Below are positions 27,970-38,421 of a stretch of DNA of 64,000 nucleotides, one piece after another. The notes under the pieces were generated by a model, which had not been told where the DNA came from, did no database searches, and saw only the letters and a list, made by a program, of their open reading frames with translations. The DNA lies in the NCBI GenBank assembly GCA_015478725.1, contig JADMIG010000002.1, positions 57,254 to 121,253 of the forward strand, in the 5' to 3' direction. How positions within the stretch are numbered: the stretch's first letter is position 1; every line of letters begins with the position of its first letter. Source of the stretch: Chloroflexota bacterium. Lineage in GTDB: Bacteria > Chloroflexota > Limnocylindria > Limnocylindrales > CSP1-4. The position numbers and the translations under genes were made by a program.

Positions 27970-28485
27970 CTACCGGTCGCGGCGTCCTTCAAGCTCCATC
28001 TGCTCGAGCGCAACGACGATCGCCACCGCCAGGGCCGCGTCAAAGCCAGAGGCAACCTGCACGCCGTAGCTGTCGCGCAGGCTGATCAGGCGGCGCGAAG
28101 CGACGATCACTTCGCTATCTCCGCTGCCCGCACGTATGACGTGGAACTCGCGGTCGATCCAGTCGCCCTTGACCGCGAGCTCGTCGCCGGCAACGAGTCG
28201 GACGGTGAAATGGTCCCCGATGACGTTGAATAGTGCCTCCTCGATGGTGGCCACGAGGTCACCGCCGCGCTTGATCTCGAAGGTCCTGTGCAGGTGCGCC
28301 AGCGATTGACCGATCGTGTAGAGCGTCTCGCCCGCTGGGTCCCGGAGTTCGAGGCTCCGGCGGAGGCTGAACGCCTTGCCGTCGACTTCGAAGACGCGAT
28401 CGCCCGTGTCATCCTCGATCCAGAGGTCGCCGCCGATCGACAGCAGCTTCTGGTTCAGGACATAGGTCTGACCGTCCGGTGCCAT
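27970..28485 (-). CDS. LURP-one-related / DUF567 (tubby-C-like) family protein
   Basis: 171 aa. YVLNQKLLSIGGDLWIEDDTGDRVFEVDGKAFSLRRSLEL is characteristic of LOR/DUF567. Confidence 0.65.
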   Translation of the reverse strand: MAPDGQTYVLNQKLLSIGGDLWIEDDTGDRVFEVDGKAFSLRRSLELRDPAGETLYTIGQSLAHLHRTFEIKRGGDLVATIEEALFNVIGDHFTVRLVAGDELAVKGDWIDREFHVIRAGSGDSEVIVASRRLISLRDSYGVQVASGFDAALAVAIVVALEQMELEGRRDR

Positions 28486-28521
28486 GCAGGACCTCCAGGG
28501 GAGCGGTGACCGCGATCGCGA

Positions 28522-28752
28522 TCAGGCGGCGACGGCGAGGTGGGACGCGTCGACGACCGGCCGGCGGGAGTGAGCCGCCGCGAAGTCGAGGGTGAGCAGC
28601 TGGCGCAGCACGCCGCGGCGCGCGGCGAGCGTCGAGCATTCGAGCCAGATGACGTCGGCGTGGTCGACCGGGACAGTGGCTGCGCCGCAGTCGCAGGTGG
28701 GGGTCTCGCGCAGAGCACCCTCGATGAGCTCGAGAGCCTGATCGTTGTTCAT
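28522..28752 (-). CDS. Small Cys-containing hypothetical protein (76 aa), divergent from the TetR gene
   Basis: MNNDQALELIEGALRETPTCDCGAATVPVDHADVIWLECS... The track ORF is a long N-terminal extension into GC-skewed sequence. Confidence 0.35.
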   Translation of the reverse strand: MNNDQALELIEGALRETPTCDCGAATVPVDHADVIWLECSTLAARRGVLRQLLTLDFAAAHSRRPVVDASHLAVAA

Positions 28753-28802
28753 CGTCGGATGGCCTCGTTCTGGAGATACGGTCCGTAGCGTATCATAACG
28801 AA

Positions 28803-29459
28803 ATGTACGACGAGCCGGAGACGACGACCACCCCCTCGGGCGCGCCTCCCGTGGGCGACGAGCCTGGACCGCCGACCCGCGGACGCGCCATCGGTCGGGG
28901 TCGGCCGCGGAGCGACCGAGCCCACCGGGCGATCCTCGACGCGACTCGCGAGCTGCTGGTCGCGGACGGGTTCGCGACACTCCGCCTCGAGCGCGTGGCG
29001 TCCAGGGCGGGCGTCGGGAAGACGACGATCTACCGCCGCTGGGCCACAAAGGAGGCGCTCGCCCTCGATCTCCTCATGGAGCTCGCCGGACCGCACATCG
29101 CGATCGCGGACCTGGCCGACACCCGCGAGGAGCTCACGGCCGCCGTGACGAACGCGATGCGAGCCCTGACCGAGACACCGTTCGGTCCGGTCATCCGGGC
29201 GCTCCTCTCCCAGATCGCCCGCAACCGCTCTCTCGGCGATCCGTTCCGGGCGACCGTGGTCCAGGGCCGGCGCGACGAGATCGCGAAGGTGGTCGCGCGT
29301 GGCATCGCTCGCGGCGACCTCCGGCCGGACGCCGACGTCGAGATCGCGACCGAACTGCTCGTCGGCCCGGTCTACTTCCGTCTCATTTTCGGTGGTGGGC
29401 TCACCCCGGACTTCGCGGCGAACGTGGCGGACGCCGTGTTCCGCGCCTTCCGGGTCTGA
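28803..29459 (+). CDS. TetR/AcrR-family transcriptional regulator
   Basis: HTH RLERVASRAGVGKTTIYRRWATKEAL. 218 aa. Confidence 0.85.
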   Translation: MYDEPETTTTPSGAPPVGDEPGPPTRGRAIGRGRPRSDRAHRAILDATRELLVADGFATLRLERVASRAGVGKTTIYRRWATKEALALDLLMELAGPHIAIADLADTREELTAAVTNAMRALTETPFGPVIRALLSQIARNRSLGDPFRATVVQGRRDEIAKVVARGIARGDLRPDADVEIATELLVGPVYFRLIFGGGLTPDFAANVADAVFRAFRV

Positions 29460-29498
29460 ACCCCGGCGACCCGGCGACAGGGTGCTCTCGAAGGACCG

Positions 29499-31217
29499 TC
29501 AGCCGGTCGTCCCGGTCGTGGCGTCAGAGATCCCCTCGGGCGCGACGCGGAGCTCCTTCTGCACGGCCGGCCGACCGACACGGCGACGACGATCGTGCAG
29601 CGCGTCGTGGATCTCCGCGTGCGTCCGACCGTCGGCGGCGACGGCCGCGGCGGGATGACCGCGGACGCGCCGGGCGGCCGCGCCGGCGGCGGCCAGCGGT
29701 GGATGCACGTGCGCGTGGCCGTGCGGATCGATCGCGTACGGCATGCCAGCCGCGAACAGGTCGGTGAAGAGGTCGACGAGCTCAGGATCGAACTGGATCC
29801 CGGCGTGGCGACGGAGCTCGGCGATCGCCTGATCGTGGGTGACGCTGTCGCGATACGGACGGCCCGCGACCATTGCCTCATACGCGTCCGCGATCGCGAC
29901 GATCCGGGCGCCCACGGGGATCTCCCGGCCCGCCAGACCGTGTGGATACCCACGACCGTCGAACCATTCATGGTGGTGGAGGACGATCGTCGCCGCATCG
30001 CGGAGCGCGCCTGCCTGCTCGAGGACGACCTGGCCGATCTTCGGGTGCTCCGCGACGACGCGCCACTCCGGCTCGTCGAGCTCGCTCGGCTTGGTGAGGA
30101 TCTCGTCCGGGATGGCGAGCTTGCCGAGGTCATGGAGGAGGCTCGCCACCCTGATCCGCTCGATCTCGCCGTCCGGCAGGCCGATGGACCGAGCCAGCTC
30201 CATCGCCGCGCCGGCGATCATCGAGGAGGGTCGGCCGGCCCAGCCGGGACGCGACTCGAGGGCGGCGGTGAGTGAATCCGTCGCCGCCCCGAATGCTGCC
30301 CGCCCGACTTGCGTCGCCTGCTCCCGGGCGCCGGGAGTGATCGCGGCCCGCCGCACGAGACCGTCGTCCTCGAGCTCGTGGAACACGTAGACCTGATCGC
30401 GCCCGAGGGCCTTGGCGCTGTACATGGCGTTGTCGGCGTCGCGGACGAGGCCGGTGAGATCGAGATGGCCCCCGAACCCACCGGCGACGCCGGCCGAGAG
30501 GGTGATCGAGGCCGCGGAACCGTCCTCGAGGACGACGCTCCGGCGGGCGACGTTGCGACGAAGCTTCTCCGCGAGCGAGGCGGCCGCGTCGACGTCCGTC
30601 TCGGGCAGGATGACCATGAACTCCTCGCCGCCGTAGCGGCCGACCATGTCGATCGCCCGGACGCTCGTTCGAAGCGCATCCGAAATCTCACGCAGGACGA
30701 GGTCGCCCGCCGCGTGACCGTGGGAGTCGTTCAGGCGCTTGAAGTGGTCCAGGTCGACGATGATGAGCGAGAGCTGATGCCCGTAGCGCGCCGCCCGCTC
30801 GATCTCCGCCTCGAGGCGCGTGAGGAGCGCCTGGCGATTGAGGACACCAGTGAGCGGATCGACCGTCGCGAGCGTCCACGCCTCCGTCACCCGTTCGGCG
30901 AGTCGACCGAAGCTCGCCCGAAGCCGCGGATCCTCGATGCCCTTTGCCCCGACGAGATGGCGCGCGTCCGTCGCCGCGACGAGGCGCTCCGTGAGCCTGG
31001 CGATCCGGCGGGTCTGGCGCCGTCCCACGGTCAGGGCATAGCCCGCGGTCCCGATCAGCGCGCCAATGAAGCCGACCGCGAGCCCGGCCACCGCGAGGGT
31101 GAGGCCAGGCGCGAAGTCGACGTGGTCCAGCATGTCTTGTTGAGGATCCCCCGGCGGAGTGATCGTGCCGACGTGGCTGCACGACGGATGTTCGACCCGG
31201 GCGGAGCCGGGGACCAT
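29499..31217 (-). CDS. Membrane-anchored GGDEF (diguanylate cyclase) + HD-GYP (c-di-GMP phosphodiesterase) protein
   Basis: N-terminal TM helix, GGEEF motif (RYGGEEFMVILPE), and HD...HHEWFDGRGYPHGL (HD-GYP). Confidence 0.85.
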   Translation of the reverse strand: MVPGSARVEHPSCSHVGTITPPGDPQQDMLDHVDFAPGLTLAVAGLAVGFIGALIGTAGYALTVGRRQTRRIARLTERLVAATDARHLVGAKGIEDPRLRASFGRLAERVTEAWTLATVDPLTGVLNRQALLTRLEAEIERAARYGHQLSLIIVDLDHFKRLNDSHGHAAGDLVLREISDALRTSVRAIDMVGRYGGEEFMVILPETDVDAAASLAEKLRRNVARRSVVLEDGSAASITLSAGVAGGFGGHLDLTGLVRDADNAMYSAKALGRDQVYVFHELEDDGLVRRAAITPGAREQATQVGRAAFGAATDSLTAALESRPGWAGRPSSMIAGAAMELARSIGLPDGEIERIRVASLLHDLGKLAIPDEILTKPSELDEPEWRVVAEHPKIGQVVLEQAGALRDAATIVLHHHEWFDGRGYPHGLAGREIPVGARIVAIADAYEAMVAGRPYRDSVTHDQAIAELRRHAGIQFDPELVDLFTDLFAAGMPYAIDPHGHAHVHPPLAAAGAAARRVRGHPAAAVAADGRTHAEIHDALHDRRRRVGRPAVQKELRVAPEGISDATTGTTG

Positions 31218-31274
31218 AGCGCGATGGTCCGGGCAGGTACCCGACCCGGGCGGTCCGACTCGACGGCCCGAGGC

Positions 31275-32026
31275 TCACTCGATGGTGAGGGACCCACGAG
31301 CGAGGACGGTCGCGTCGGCACTCACGAGGACGTGCTGCCATCGTCGCCCGTCGCTCTGCCAGGAGCGAGCCTGCAGCTCGGAGCCGAGCGAGGCGGGCGC
31401 CAGGTACTCGATCCGATAGCGGCGCGGTTCCGCCGCGAGTGCCGCGCCGCCGCCGGCCGCAGCGATCGCCTCCTCCATCCACTCGAGATAGCTCGCGTTG
31501 TTCGCGTGTCGGAACGGATCGATCTCGTGCGGCCGGACGGTGAACGACGACGCGGACGCCCCGGCGGGCGGGGCGACCGCATCGAAGCGGGTCGGGACGA
31601 ACCCCGCCGGTGGGACGGCGAACAGGGCCGGGAACTCGTCGGGGATGCGGGTCGGCATCCCGCGAGCCACCCCGGTCATGACCCAGTCCGTGAGGACTGT
31701 GGCGGCGAGGTCGCCGTTCGGCAGTGTGACGTCCGTTCGTCGGCGTGCCATGACCCGCCGGAAGCCGGTGACCTGCATCGTGACCGTCGCGGTCGTCCCC
31801 ATCGAGATCGGTTCGCGGACCTCGAGGTCGAGCCCGCGGACGAGCCAGGCAAGGCCGCGATCCGCGTACCACTCCCGTCCGAACCCGAGCCGTTCCGAAT
31901 GGATCCAGGCCGCATCCTGGGTCCAGCGGAGGAGCGTCCCGGCGCGGATCGCCGCATCCGGACCGCACTCGTCGAAACGGGCGCGATAGGGGATCGTCGC
32001 CGATGCGTGCTCCTCGGAATCGCTCA
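31275..32026 (-). CDS. Acyl-ACP thioesterase-family (tandem hotdog) protein
   Basis: ~250 aa from a GTG start (VSDSEEHASATIPYRARFDECG). Similar to FatA/B-like bacterial acyl-ACP thioesterases. The track ORF has an Arg-rich artefactual N-terminal extension. Confidence 0.55.
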
Positions 32027-32692
32027 CGCTGGTGCACCGGCCAGGCGGGCGAGGGTTTCGATCGTCACGATCCTGGTCCCGGCGTGCGGCTCCGTGCGGC
32101 CGGCGAGACGGACCCGGCAGGCGAGTCGCGTGTCGAAGACAACCAAGAATACGGCGAGACGCTCGTCCTCGTCGGCGGCATGGGAGCGGGCGTCGTCGAG
32201 CTGATGGAGGACGTCGCCATCGATGCCGCGGGCGCTCCATTTGCAGTCGAAGGCCTCCGCCCTGCCCGGCAGCTCGACCGTGACGTCGTACGGATGGATC
32301 TCCGCCCGGACGCCGTCGAAGAGGATGCGACGCTCCCGGCGCACGGCCGAGCGCGGACCGCCGTTCGCGGTGAGACGACGGGCGAGGAGCAGCTCCGTGA
32401 CGGCCTCAACGACCGCGCCGCGGAACTGGCTGCGGACCTGCTCGCCCCTGGCCGCCACCTCGAGCGATGCGCCGAGGAGCGCTTCGGACCGCTCGTCCGG
32501 GAAGCAGGTCGGTACCATCTCCCGCCAGAACGACGGGTCGGACGATTCCCCGTTCATCACCGCCCTCGCGAGGACGAGTTGCGCCGGCGACGCGTGCGCC
32601 ATGAGTTCGGCGAGGCGAGCGACGAGCGGGTCGGCCTGGATCCCCGAATACACGACCGCTCGGGCGTCCGGTGACGCGTCCTGGAAGCGCAC
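32024..32692 (-). CDS. Hypothetical protein (operon with the thioesterase)
   Basis: 222-aa ORF with balanced composition. Stop overlaps the thioesterase start. Confidence 0.4.
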   Translation of the reverse strand: MRFQDASPDARAVVYSGIQADPLVARLAELMAHASPAQLVLARAVMNGESSDPSFWREMVPTCFPDERSEALLGASLEVAARGEQVRSQFRGAVVEAVTELLLARRLTANGGPRSAVRRERRILFDGVRAEIHPYDVTVELPGRAEAFDCKWSARGIDGDVLHQLDDARSHAADEDERLAVFLVVFDTRLACRVRLAGRTEPHAGTRIVTIETLARLAGAPA

Positions 32693-32696
32693 CGGC

Positions 32697-33029
32697 TCAG
32701 GCGGCCGGCGCGCGTGACGCGGGACCGCCGACCGGCTCGTCGAGCGCGAGCGCGACGAGGTCCGGGAACGTGGAGAGCCAGTCGATCGCCCGATGCGGAT
32801 CGGCGATCCGGCCGGCCTCCTCGATCGCGAGGCGGATGGCGGCGGCGCGATCCGTGGCGAGTCGCTCGCCCGCTCGTCGATCCGCGATCTCGTCGAGCCT
32901 TCGTCGCTGAGCGGCGGCCAGGTCCGTCACGTAGGTCCACGCATCGTCGATCGCCTCGCCGAGCGATTCGAGTCCAGCGACGGTCTCGACCGCCGCGGCG
33001 ACGAGGTCTTCGATGGGTTCGCTCACCGG
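32697..33029 (-). CDS. Small hypothetical protein (weak call)
   Basis: ~110 aa from GTG (VSEPIEDLVAAAVETVAGLESLGEAIDDAWTYVTDL...), upstream in the same minus-strand operon. Confidence 0.3.
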   Translation of the reverse strand, partial: PVSEPIEDLVAAAVETVAGLESLGEAIDDAWTYVTDLAAAQRRRLDEIADRRAGERLATDRAAAIRLAIEEAGRIADPHRAIDWLSTFPDLVALALDEPVGGPASRAPAA

Positions 33030-33521
33030 ATGAGCGTATCCGAACCGGCGACGGGGGGATCTCGAGAGAGGCAGGCTGGTCGTCGGGAGGTGATCGCCGG
33101 GACGTGATCGTCGGGACCTGATCGTCCGGTCAGCGATCTCGCGGCAGGAGAACCGTCCGCCTGCCGATCGCGAAGCGGCGCCCGTCGGCCGGCTCCCGGT
33201 CGAGGTCGCGACGAGCCCTCGCGGCAAGGTCGACGAGGGTCGTCCGATGCGCCCCATCCCACGCGGCCGAGTATGCCGCGATCGCCTGCCGCCGGATCGC
33301 GGCTGCGACCTCCCGTTCGCCGCGCCGCTCGAGTGCAGCGACTCGGTCGAGGACGGCACGGTACAGTGCCGGGAACTCGTCGTTCGGGGAAAACTGGGCG
33401 GGCATGCGTCGAGCATGACCGGTCGCCGCCCCGGACTCGATAGGGAAGTGGTCAGGCGACGGCCGCCGAAGGGACCACCGGCCGGTGCCTCTCGGCACCT
33501 CCCGGTGTCGGATCGTGATGA

Positions 33522-34328
33522 ATGGAGGCGATCTCGGTGGATCTCGGACTCTCGGGCCGCGGCGCTATCGTGGGTGGCGCCTCGTCCGGACTCGGCCTGG
33601 CGAGCGCCGAGGCGCTCGCTGCGGAAGGCTGCCGGCTCGTCCTCTGGTCGCGCGGCGGTCCGGGGCTCGACGATGCCGCCACGATGCTCCGAACCCGGCA
33701 TCGCGTCGAGGTCGCCACGGTCGCGGCGGACGCTGCGGACCCGGAAGCGGCCTCGATCGTCGCCGCAGCCGCCCGATCCGCGCTCGGTGACGTCGACATC
33801 GTGGTGCTCAACGCGGGTGGGCCTCCACCGGTCGACCCGACCGCCACGGACCCGGCCGGGTGGGCACGCGCGTTCCAGCTCCTCGCCACGACCCCGATCG
33901 AACTCGCGACGCATCTCCTGCCCGGGATGCAGGCGCGAAGCTGGGGACGGATCGTCGCGATCCTCTCATCGGGGATCCGGCAGCCGATCCCCGATCTCGT
34001 CTACTCGAATGCGGGTCGCAGCGCACTCATGGCCTGGCTCAAGACGACGGCGCGCGGCGTCGCCAGCGGCGGCGTGACGATCAACGGCGTCGTGCCGGGT
34101 CGCCTCGAGACGCCGCGGATCGTCTCCCTCGACCGCGGCCGGGCTGAGCGGACCGGCGAGACGGAGGAGGCGGTCCGGGCCTCCCACCTGGCAACGATCC
34201 CGGCCGGACGCTACGGCCGCCCTGACGAGCTCGCGAGCCTCGTCGCGTACCTGTGTTCGGAGCGGGCGAGCTACCAGACGGGCACATTCAGCGCCGTGGA
34301 CGGCGGCCTCATCGCCGGCCTCCCGTGA
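33522..34328 (+). CDS. SDR-family oxidoreductase (3-oxoacyl-ACP reductase-like)
   Basis: GGASSGLGLA Rossmann motif, NAG, and the YSNAGRSAL (YxxxK-region) catalytic segment. Confidence 0.8.
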   Translation: MEAISVDLGLSGRGAIVGGASSGLGLASAEALAAEGCRLVLWSRGGPGLDDAATMLRTRHRVEVATVAADAADPEAASIVAAAARSALGDVDIVVLNAGGPPPVDPTATDPAGWARAFQLLATTPIELATHLLPGMQARSWGRIVAILSSGIRQPIPDLVYSNAGRSALMAWLKTTARGVASGGVTINGVVPGRLETPRIVSLDRGRAERTGETEEAVRASHLATIPAGRYGRPDELASLVAYLCSERASYQTGTFSAVDGGLIAGLP

Positions 34329-34370
34329 GGCTCCGCCCACGTTGGATCGAGGGCCACCGGGACTGACTGG

Positions 34371-34688
34371 TCAGTCCCCCGAGTGTGCGCCGGAGCGGAT
34401 GGCGAACCGCTCGAACGTTCCGCTCGCCGGCTGCCATACGACACGCACCGCGTCCACCTGCCCTCCGAGCGGGCCGCGCTCGAGGTCCCCGACGAGCGCC
34501 TCGAGCGCCTCGAGCGGACCCTCCGCAACGCAGTGTACGGAGCCGTCGATGTCGTTCGCGACCCAGCCGACGAGCCCTCGCCCGATCGCCGCGTCGCGGG
34601 CGAAGAACCGAAAGCCGACGCCCTGGACGCGACCCACGACCGTCGCCTCCAGCCGGACTGCCGACCCGTCCGGGTGTCGCCCGCTCAC
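34371..34688 (-). CDS. acyP: Acylphosphatase
   Basis: VQGVGFRFF and GWVAN..DGSV signature motifs. 105 aa. Confidence 0.8.
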   Translation of the reverse strand: MSGRHPDGSAVRLEATVVGRVQGVGFRFFARDAAIGRGLVGWVANDIDGSVHCVAEGPLEALEALVGDLERGPLGGQVDAVRVVWQPASGTFERFAIRSGAHSGD

Positions 34689-35908
34689 GCCGCGCGAGGA
34701 GGTCGGATCGACGGCCAGGCGAGAGCGAGTGAATCGACCGCCAGTTCCGGACTCGCGTTCCCGAGGACGGCCGTCGCCGCTCGATCGAGGCGGACGAGGA
34801 AGTCAGCGAGCGAGCGGGGGGCGATCCGCCCGGCGATCGCGACGATCTCCTCGAGGAGCGTCGGATCGTGGAGCCGGCGGACGTCGCCCTGGGCGGCGCG
34901 CGCCAGGTCCAGGGCGATGTCGCGCCATGCGTCGAACAGGGCCAGCGCGGCCCGGCGCCGCTCGGCGGCCGGTACGGACCTGGTGGTCGATCCGTCCGCC
35001 GTCGGATCTGCGGCTGGAGACCCGATCGGTGCGCCATCAGCGCTCGCCGCGTCGCTCGCCGTCGCGGCACGATCGGCGTCCTGCCGGGGCGCGCGACGAC
35101 CGCGAGACGAGGGCCCGGCCCCCACGAGGCCCCCGACGAGTGCCGCGTCGAGGACGGCCGCCCGGCCGAGAAGACCGCGGACGACCGAGAGCCGGCCCGT
35201 CGGAGCGGCGGACAGAAGGTCGAGCAGGCCGCGATCGATCTCGCCACGCACCATGACCACCTCCGGAGCGACGGCGTAAGCGTGGGCGATGCCCGGTCGA
35301 CCGCCGGCGAGCCTCGCGAGACGGGACGCCGTCGGCGGATCGGCTATCTCGAGGTCGGCGAGCCAGCGCTCGATCTCGCGCGTGGCGACGGTCCCGAGCC
35401 GGATCCGGGCGCAGCGCGAGCGGATCGTCGGCAGGAGCCGATCCTCATCGTCCGCCGCGAGGATGAGGTGGACGCCGGGCGGAGGCTCCTCGAGGAGCTT
35501 CAACAGCGCGTTCTGGGCATCCTCGTTCATCCGATGGGCGCCCTCGACGAGCGCCACCCTGGCTCCTCCCTCGAGCGGCGACAGCGCGAGCTCGCTGGTC
35601 AGCTCACGGATGCCGGGCCGCGGGTCGGTCGGCGTGGCGGCGATCCTGATCTGGTTCCCGGCCCCGCCCGGGCTGAGCCGGTGGAGGTCGGGGTGGTTGC
35701 CGTGGGCGACGAGCCGGCACGCCCGACACGACCGACAGGGTCTGACCGCCGACCCGCTGGCTCCGCAGAGCAGGAGTGCCCCGATGTCGAGCGCGAGCGT
35801 CGTCTTGCCGACCGACGGCGGTCCGACGATGAGGAGCGCGTGCGGGAACCCACGCCTCGCCATCGCCCGGACGGCGCGGACGGCGGCCGGCTGCCCGCGT
35901 GTGAGCAT
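34685..35908 (-). CDS. holB: DNA polymerase III delta-prime subunit
   Basis: HALLIVGPPSVGKTTLA Walker A, the CGASGSAVRPCRSCRAC zinc module, and SRC (IRSRCARIRL). Start taken at MLTRGQ. The track ORF starts 15 codons upstream. Confidence 0.75.
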   Translation of the reverse strand: MLTRGQPAAVRAVRAMARRGFPHALLIVGPPSVGKTTLALDIGALLLCGASGSAVRPCRSCRACRLVAHGNHPDLHRLSPGGAGNQIRIAATPTDPRPGIRELTSELALSPLEGGARVALVEGAHRMNEDAQNALLKLLEEPPPGVHLILAADDEDRLLPTIRSRCARIRLGTVATREIERWLADLEIADPPTASRLARLAGGRPGIAHAYAVAPEVVMVRGEIDRGLLDLLSAAPTGRLSVVRGLLGRAAVLDAALVGGLVGAGPSSRGRRAPRQDADRAATASDAASADGAPIGSPAADPTADGSTTRSVPAAERRRAALALFDAWRDIALDLARAAQGDVRRLHDPTLLEEIVAIAGRIAPRSLADFLVRLDRAATAVLGNASPELAVDSLALAWPSIRPPRAA

Positions 35909-35966
35909 GCCGGCCCCCGGGTCGTCGTCCGTCGTCGAGCGCGCCGGTCTCACGCGCCGACCACCC

Positions 35967-37895
35967 TCAGCCCTCGGTCGGCACGGCCTTCGCGCGCACG
36001 GCGCGCCGCCTCGCAGCCGTCGGCACGGCAGTGTCCGGAGGCAGCGACGCGGCCGGCGCGTCGACGGCCGAGGCCGTCCCGGGCGCCTTCGCCCGTGTGG
36101 CGCGACGCCTGGCCACCGGCTGGTCGCCCGCGGCGGCGGACGACGAGGCGGGCACGTTCGACTCGTTGGCCGGCGTTGCGGAGGTCCTGGCCCGCGTCGT
36201 CCGTGGCCGTGTCGGTGCCAGCTCGGCGGTGGTCGAGGCGGATCCGGCGGCGCTCGTCCGCTCCGCGATCGCAGCGGTCATCGGGACCGCGTCGACCGGC
36301 TCCGCCGAAACACGGGGTCGTCGCGGACCGCGAGCCTTCGGGGTGGCCACATCGGTCTCGGTGGCAGGCACCGGCATCGCGCTCCCGGCCGCGGGCGTGC
36401 GTCCGGATGGGCGAGGTCGGTTCCCGGCGCCCACAGCCAGCTGGGCGCGCAGCATCGCCTCGAGCTCCGGTGGGACCTCGCTCCAGCCTTCGCCCGGTCG
36501 CGGCGCACCACCGATGCGATCCGGTCGATCGCTTCGGCCCGGGCCCTGACCCGGGCCGCGTTCGTCGCGCCGTCCGACGTCGCGACGGACGCCCTCGGTT
36601 CGAGCGACGGTGCGGCCACTCACGTCCGGATACCGATTGATTCCGCCGGTGAGACCGCCTCCGCTCCGGTTGCCGAATCGCTCCCGGTCGACCGCTGCGG
36701 CATACCCGCTCCGGACGCCGCGCGCACCGCCCGTCCGACCGACGGAACGCGTCCCCCCGTGCCGCTCGGCGATGAGGTATTCCGGGATCGCCGGCTCGTC
36801 GTCGAATTCCTCGTCGAGGGCTGCGTCCCGCCGCGGGCTCGATGTCTGGCGCTGACCGAGCTGGGAGTCCCAGACCGATCCGAACGCCGCCGGCTTCGCC
36901 GTGCGAGGCGCGACCGGCTGCTCCGCGGCGAGGATCTCCACACCACGATCGTCCTGCTCCACCGTCGAGCCTGGTGGGACGAGCTCTCCTTCGGCCCGTC
37001 CTCGCCCCCGGCCGCGGCCCCGCCCGCCGCGACGACGACGCCGCCGGCCGTCCTCCCCGAGGATCTCGTCCGCTGGCTCCGTTCGCTCCTCGACGACGTC
37101 CTCCGGACCAGCGACGACGTCGGCGACCGGCCGGACGCGCGACAGCTTCTCGCCGGGCAGGGCGACCATCGCCGGCCGTGCGATCGCGGCGGTGGATCCT
37201 TCGTCCGCGACAGGAGCTGGCCGACTGCGTCCTCGACCGGACGCCCGCTCGGCCGCGACCGGACGCTCGGCCGCGACCGGACGCTCGCCTTCGGTCGCGC
37301 GACCGCGTCGGCCGCGGCCGCGACCCGCTCCCGTCCCCTCAGTCTGCTTGTCCGGCACCTCAGTCATGGACAGATCCTCGTCGTCCGTGGCGACGCGTCG
37401 TCCGGATCGCGACGATCCCTTCTCGACCTTTGCGATCTGGGTGATGTCCGTGAAGAGGTCGGCGACCTCCATGAGGTCCGACGAGGTGTTGCCGCGAAAG
37501 CTGATGACCTCGCAGCGGACGCCCATCTCCTGGACCGCCCGGATGGCCGGGGCGAAGTCCCCGTCGCCGGACACGACGATGGCGATGTCGAGGTTGCGGG
37601 CCGTCTTCATCATGTCGACGACGAGCTCGATGTCGAGATTCGCCTTGACTTTCCCGTCACCATACTTGCGGATGTCCTTGCTCACGACCTTGTAGCCGTG
37701 GCGACGGAGGAAGTCGTGGAAGTTCCGCTGATTCTCGTTGTCAGGATCGAGGCCCGTATAGGCGTACGCCCGCACGAGATCCCGCCCGGCGGTCGCCGAC
37801 TTGAGCATCGTCACGTAATCGATGTCGACGCCGGCCGACTTGGCCGCATAGAAGATGTTCGCCACGTCCACGAAGACGGCGACGTTCTTGCCCAC
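35967..37895 (-). CDS. NYN-domain (LabA-like) protein with a ~480-aa Arg/Gly/Pro-rich disordered tail
   Basis: N-terminal 160 aa MGKNVAVFVDVANIFYAAK...IAIVVSGDGDF is a NYN/PIN-like fold. The tail contains RGRGRGRGR and ERPVAAERPVAAER repeats. Confidence 0.75.
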   Translation of the reverse strand: MGKNVAVFVDVANIFYAAKSAGVDIDYVTMLKSATAGRDLVRAYAYTGLDPDNENQRNFHDFLRRHGYKVVSKDIRKYGDGKVKANLDIELVVDMMKTARNLDIAIVVSGDGDFAPAIRAVQEMGVRCEVISFRGNTSSDLMEVADLFTDITQIAKVEKGSSRSGRRVATDDEDLSMTEVPDKQTEGTGAGRGRGRRGRATEGERPVAAERPVAAERASGRGRSRPAPVADEGSTAAIARPAMVALPGEKLSRVRPVADVVAGPEDVVEERTEPADEILGEDGRRRRRRGGRGRGRGRGRAEGELVPPGSTVEQDDRGVEILAAEQPVAPRTAKPAAFGSVWDSQLGQRQTSSPRRDAALDEEFDDEPAIPEYLIAERHGGTRSVGRTGGARGVRSGYAAAVDRERFGNRSGGGLTGGINRYPDVSGRTVARTEGVRRDVGRRDERGPGQGPGRSDRPDRIGGAPRPGEGWSEVPPELEAMLRAQLAVGAGNRPRPSGRTPAAGSAMPVPATETDVATPKARGPRRPRVSAEPVDAVPMTAAIAERTSAAGSASTTAELAPTRPRTTRARTSATPANESNVPASSSAAAGDQPVARRRATRAKAPGTASAVDAPAASLPPDTAVPTAARRRAVRAKAVPTEG

Positions 37896-37956
37896 TCTGA
37901 CTCCTCAGGGCTGTATGGGGCCGGCGCGATGACCGCTGCTCGGCGTCCCGGATGGT

Positions 37957-38421
37957 TCAGCTGCGACGCGCGACGGCCTTCGTCACGGCCACGGATCGAC
38001 TCATGCTCGGACCGGCATCGATGAATCCCTTGTCCTCCCACCGGGTCCGCTCGGCGGGATCGTCGGGTCGCGGCGCCTCGACCTCGGCGCAGGCCTTGTT
38101 GCGCGCCGACCGGAGGATCTCCTCGAGGAGCGCCCCCGTCACTCGGTCGACGTCGTGTCCCGGATCGACGACGAACAGGTCCACCACACCGACGAAACCG
38201 CCGGCGCGGACGGACGGCCGGAGCGCGAGGACCGCGCCGCCGACCATCTCGCGTCGCGCTTCCGCGACGATGACACTGGCCTGCGGCAGGTAGACGAGCT
38301 GGCGCAGGAGGTCCGCCGCGGCGAGCGGACCCGACCCCTCGGTCGCCCACGAGGAGACCTCGCAGAGCGCGACGAGCCGGTCGATGTCCGTGATGCGGGC
38401 CGCTCGGACCTGATATTCCAC
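37957..38421 (-). CDS. GNAT-family N-acetyltransferase
   Basis: 154 aa. Acetyl-CoA binding region VGFVGVVDLFVVDPGHDVDRVTGALL. Confidence 0.65.
   Translation of the reverse strand: MEYQVRAARITDIDRLVALCEVSSWATEGSGPLAAADLLRQLVYLPQASVIVAEARREMVGGAVLALRPSVRAGGFVGVVDLFVVDPGHDVDRVTGALLEEILRSARNKACAEVEAPRPDDPAERTRWEDKGFIDAGPSMSRSVAVTKAVARRS

Noticed and set aside
35289-38024. 911-aa plus-strand ORF
   Set aside because: Antisense to holB and the NYN-domain gene. Ser/Arg-rich low complexity.
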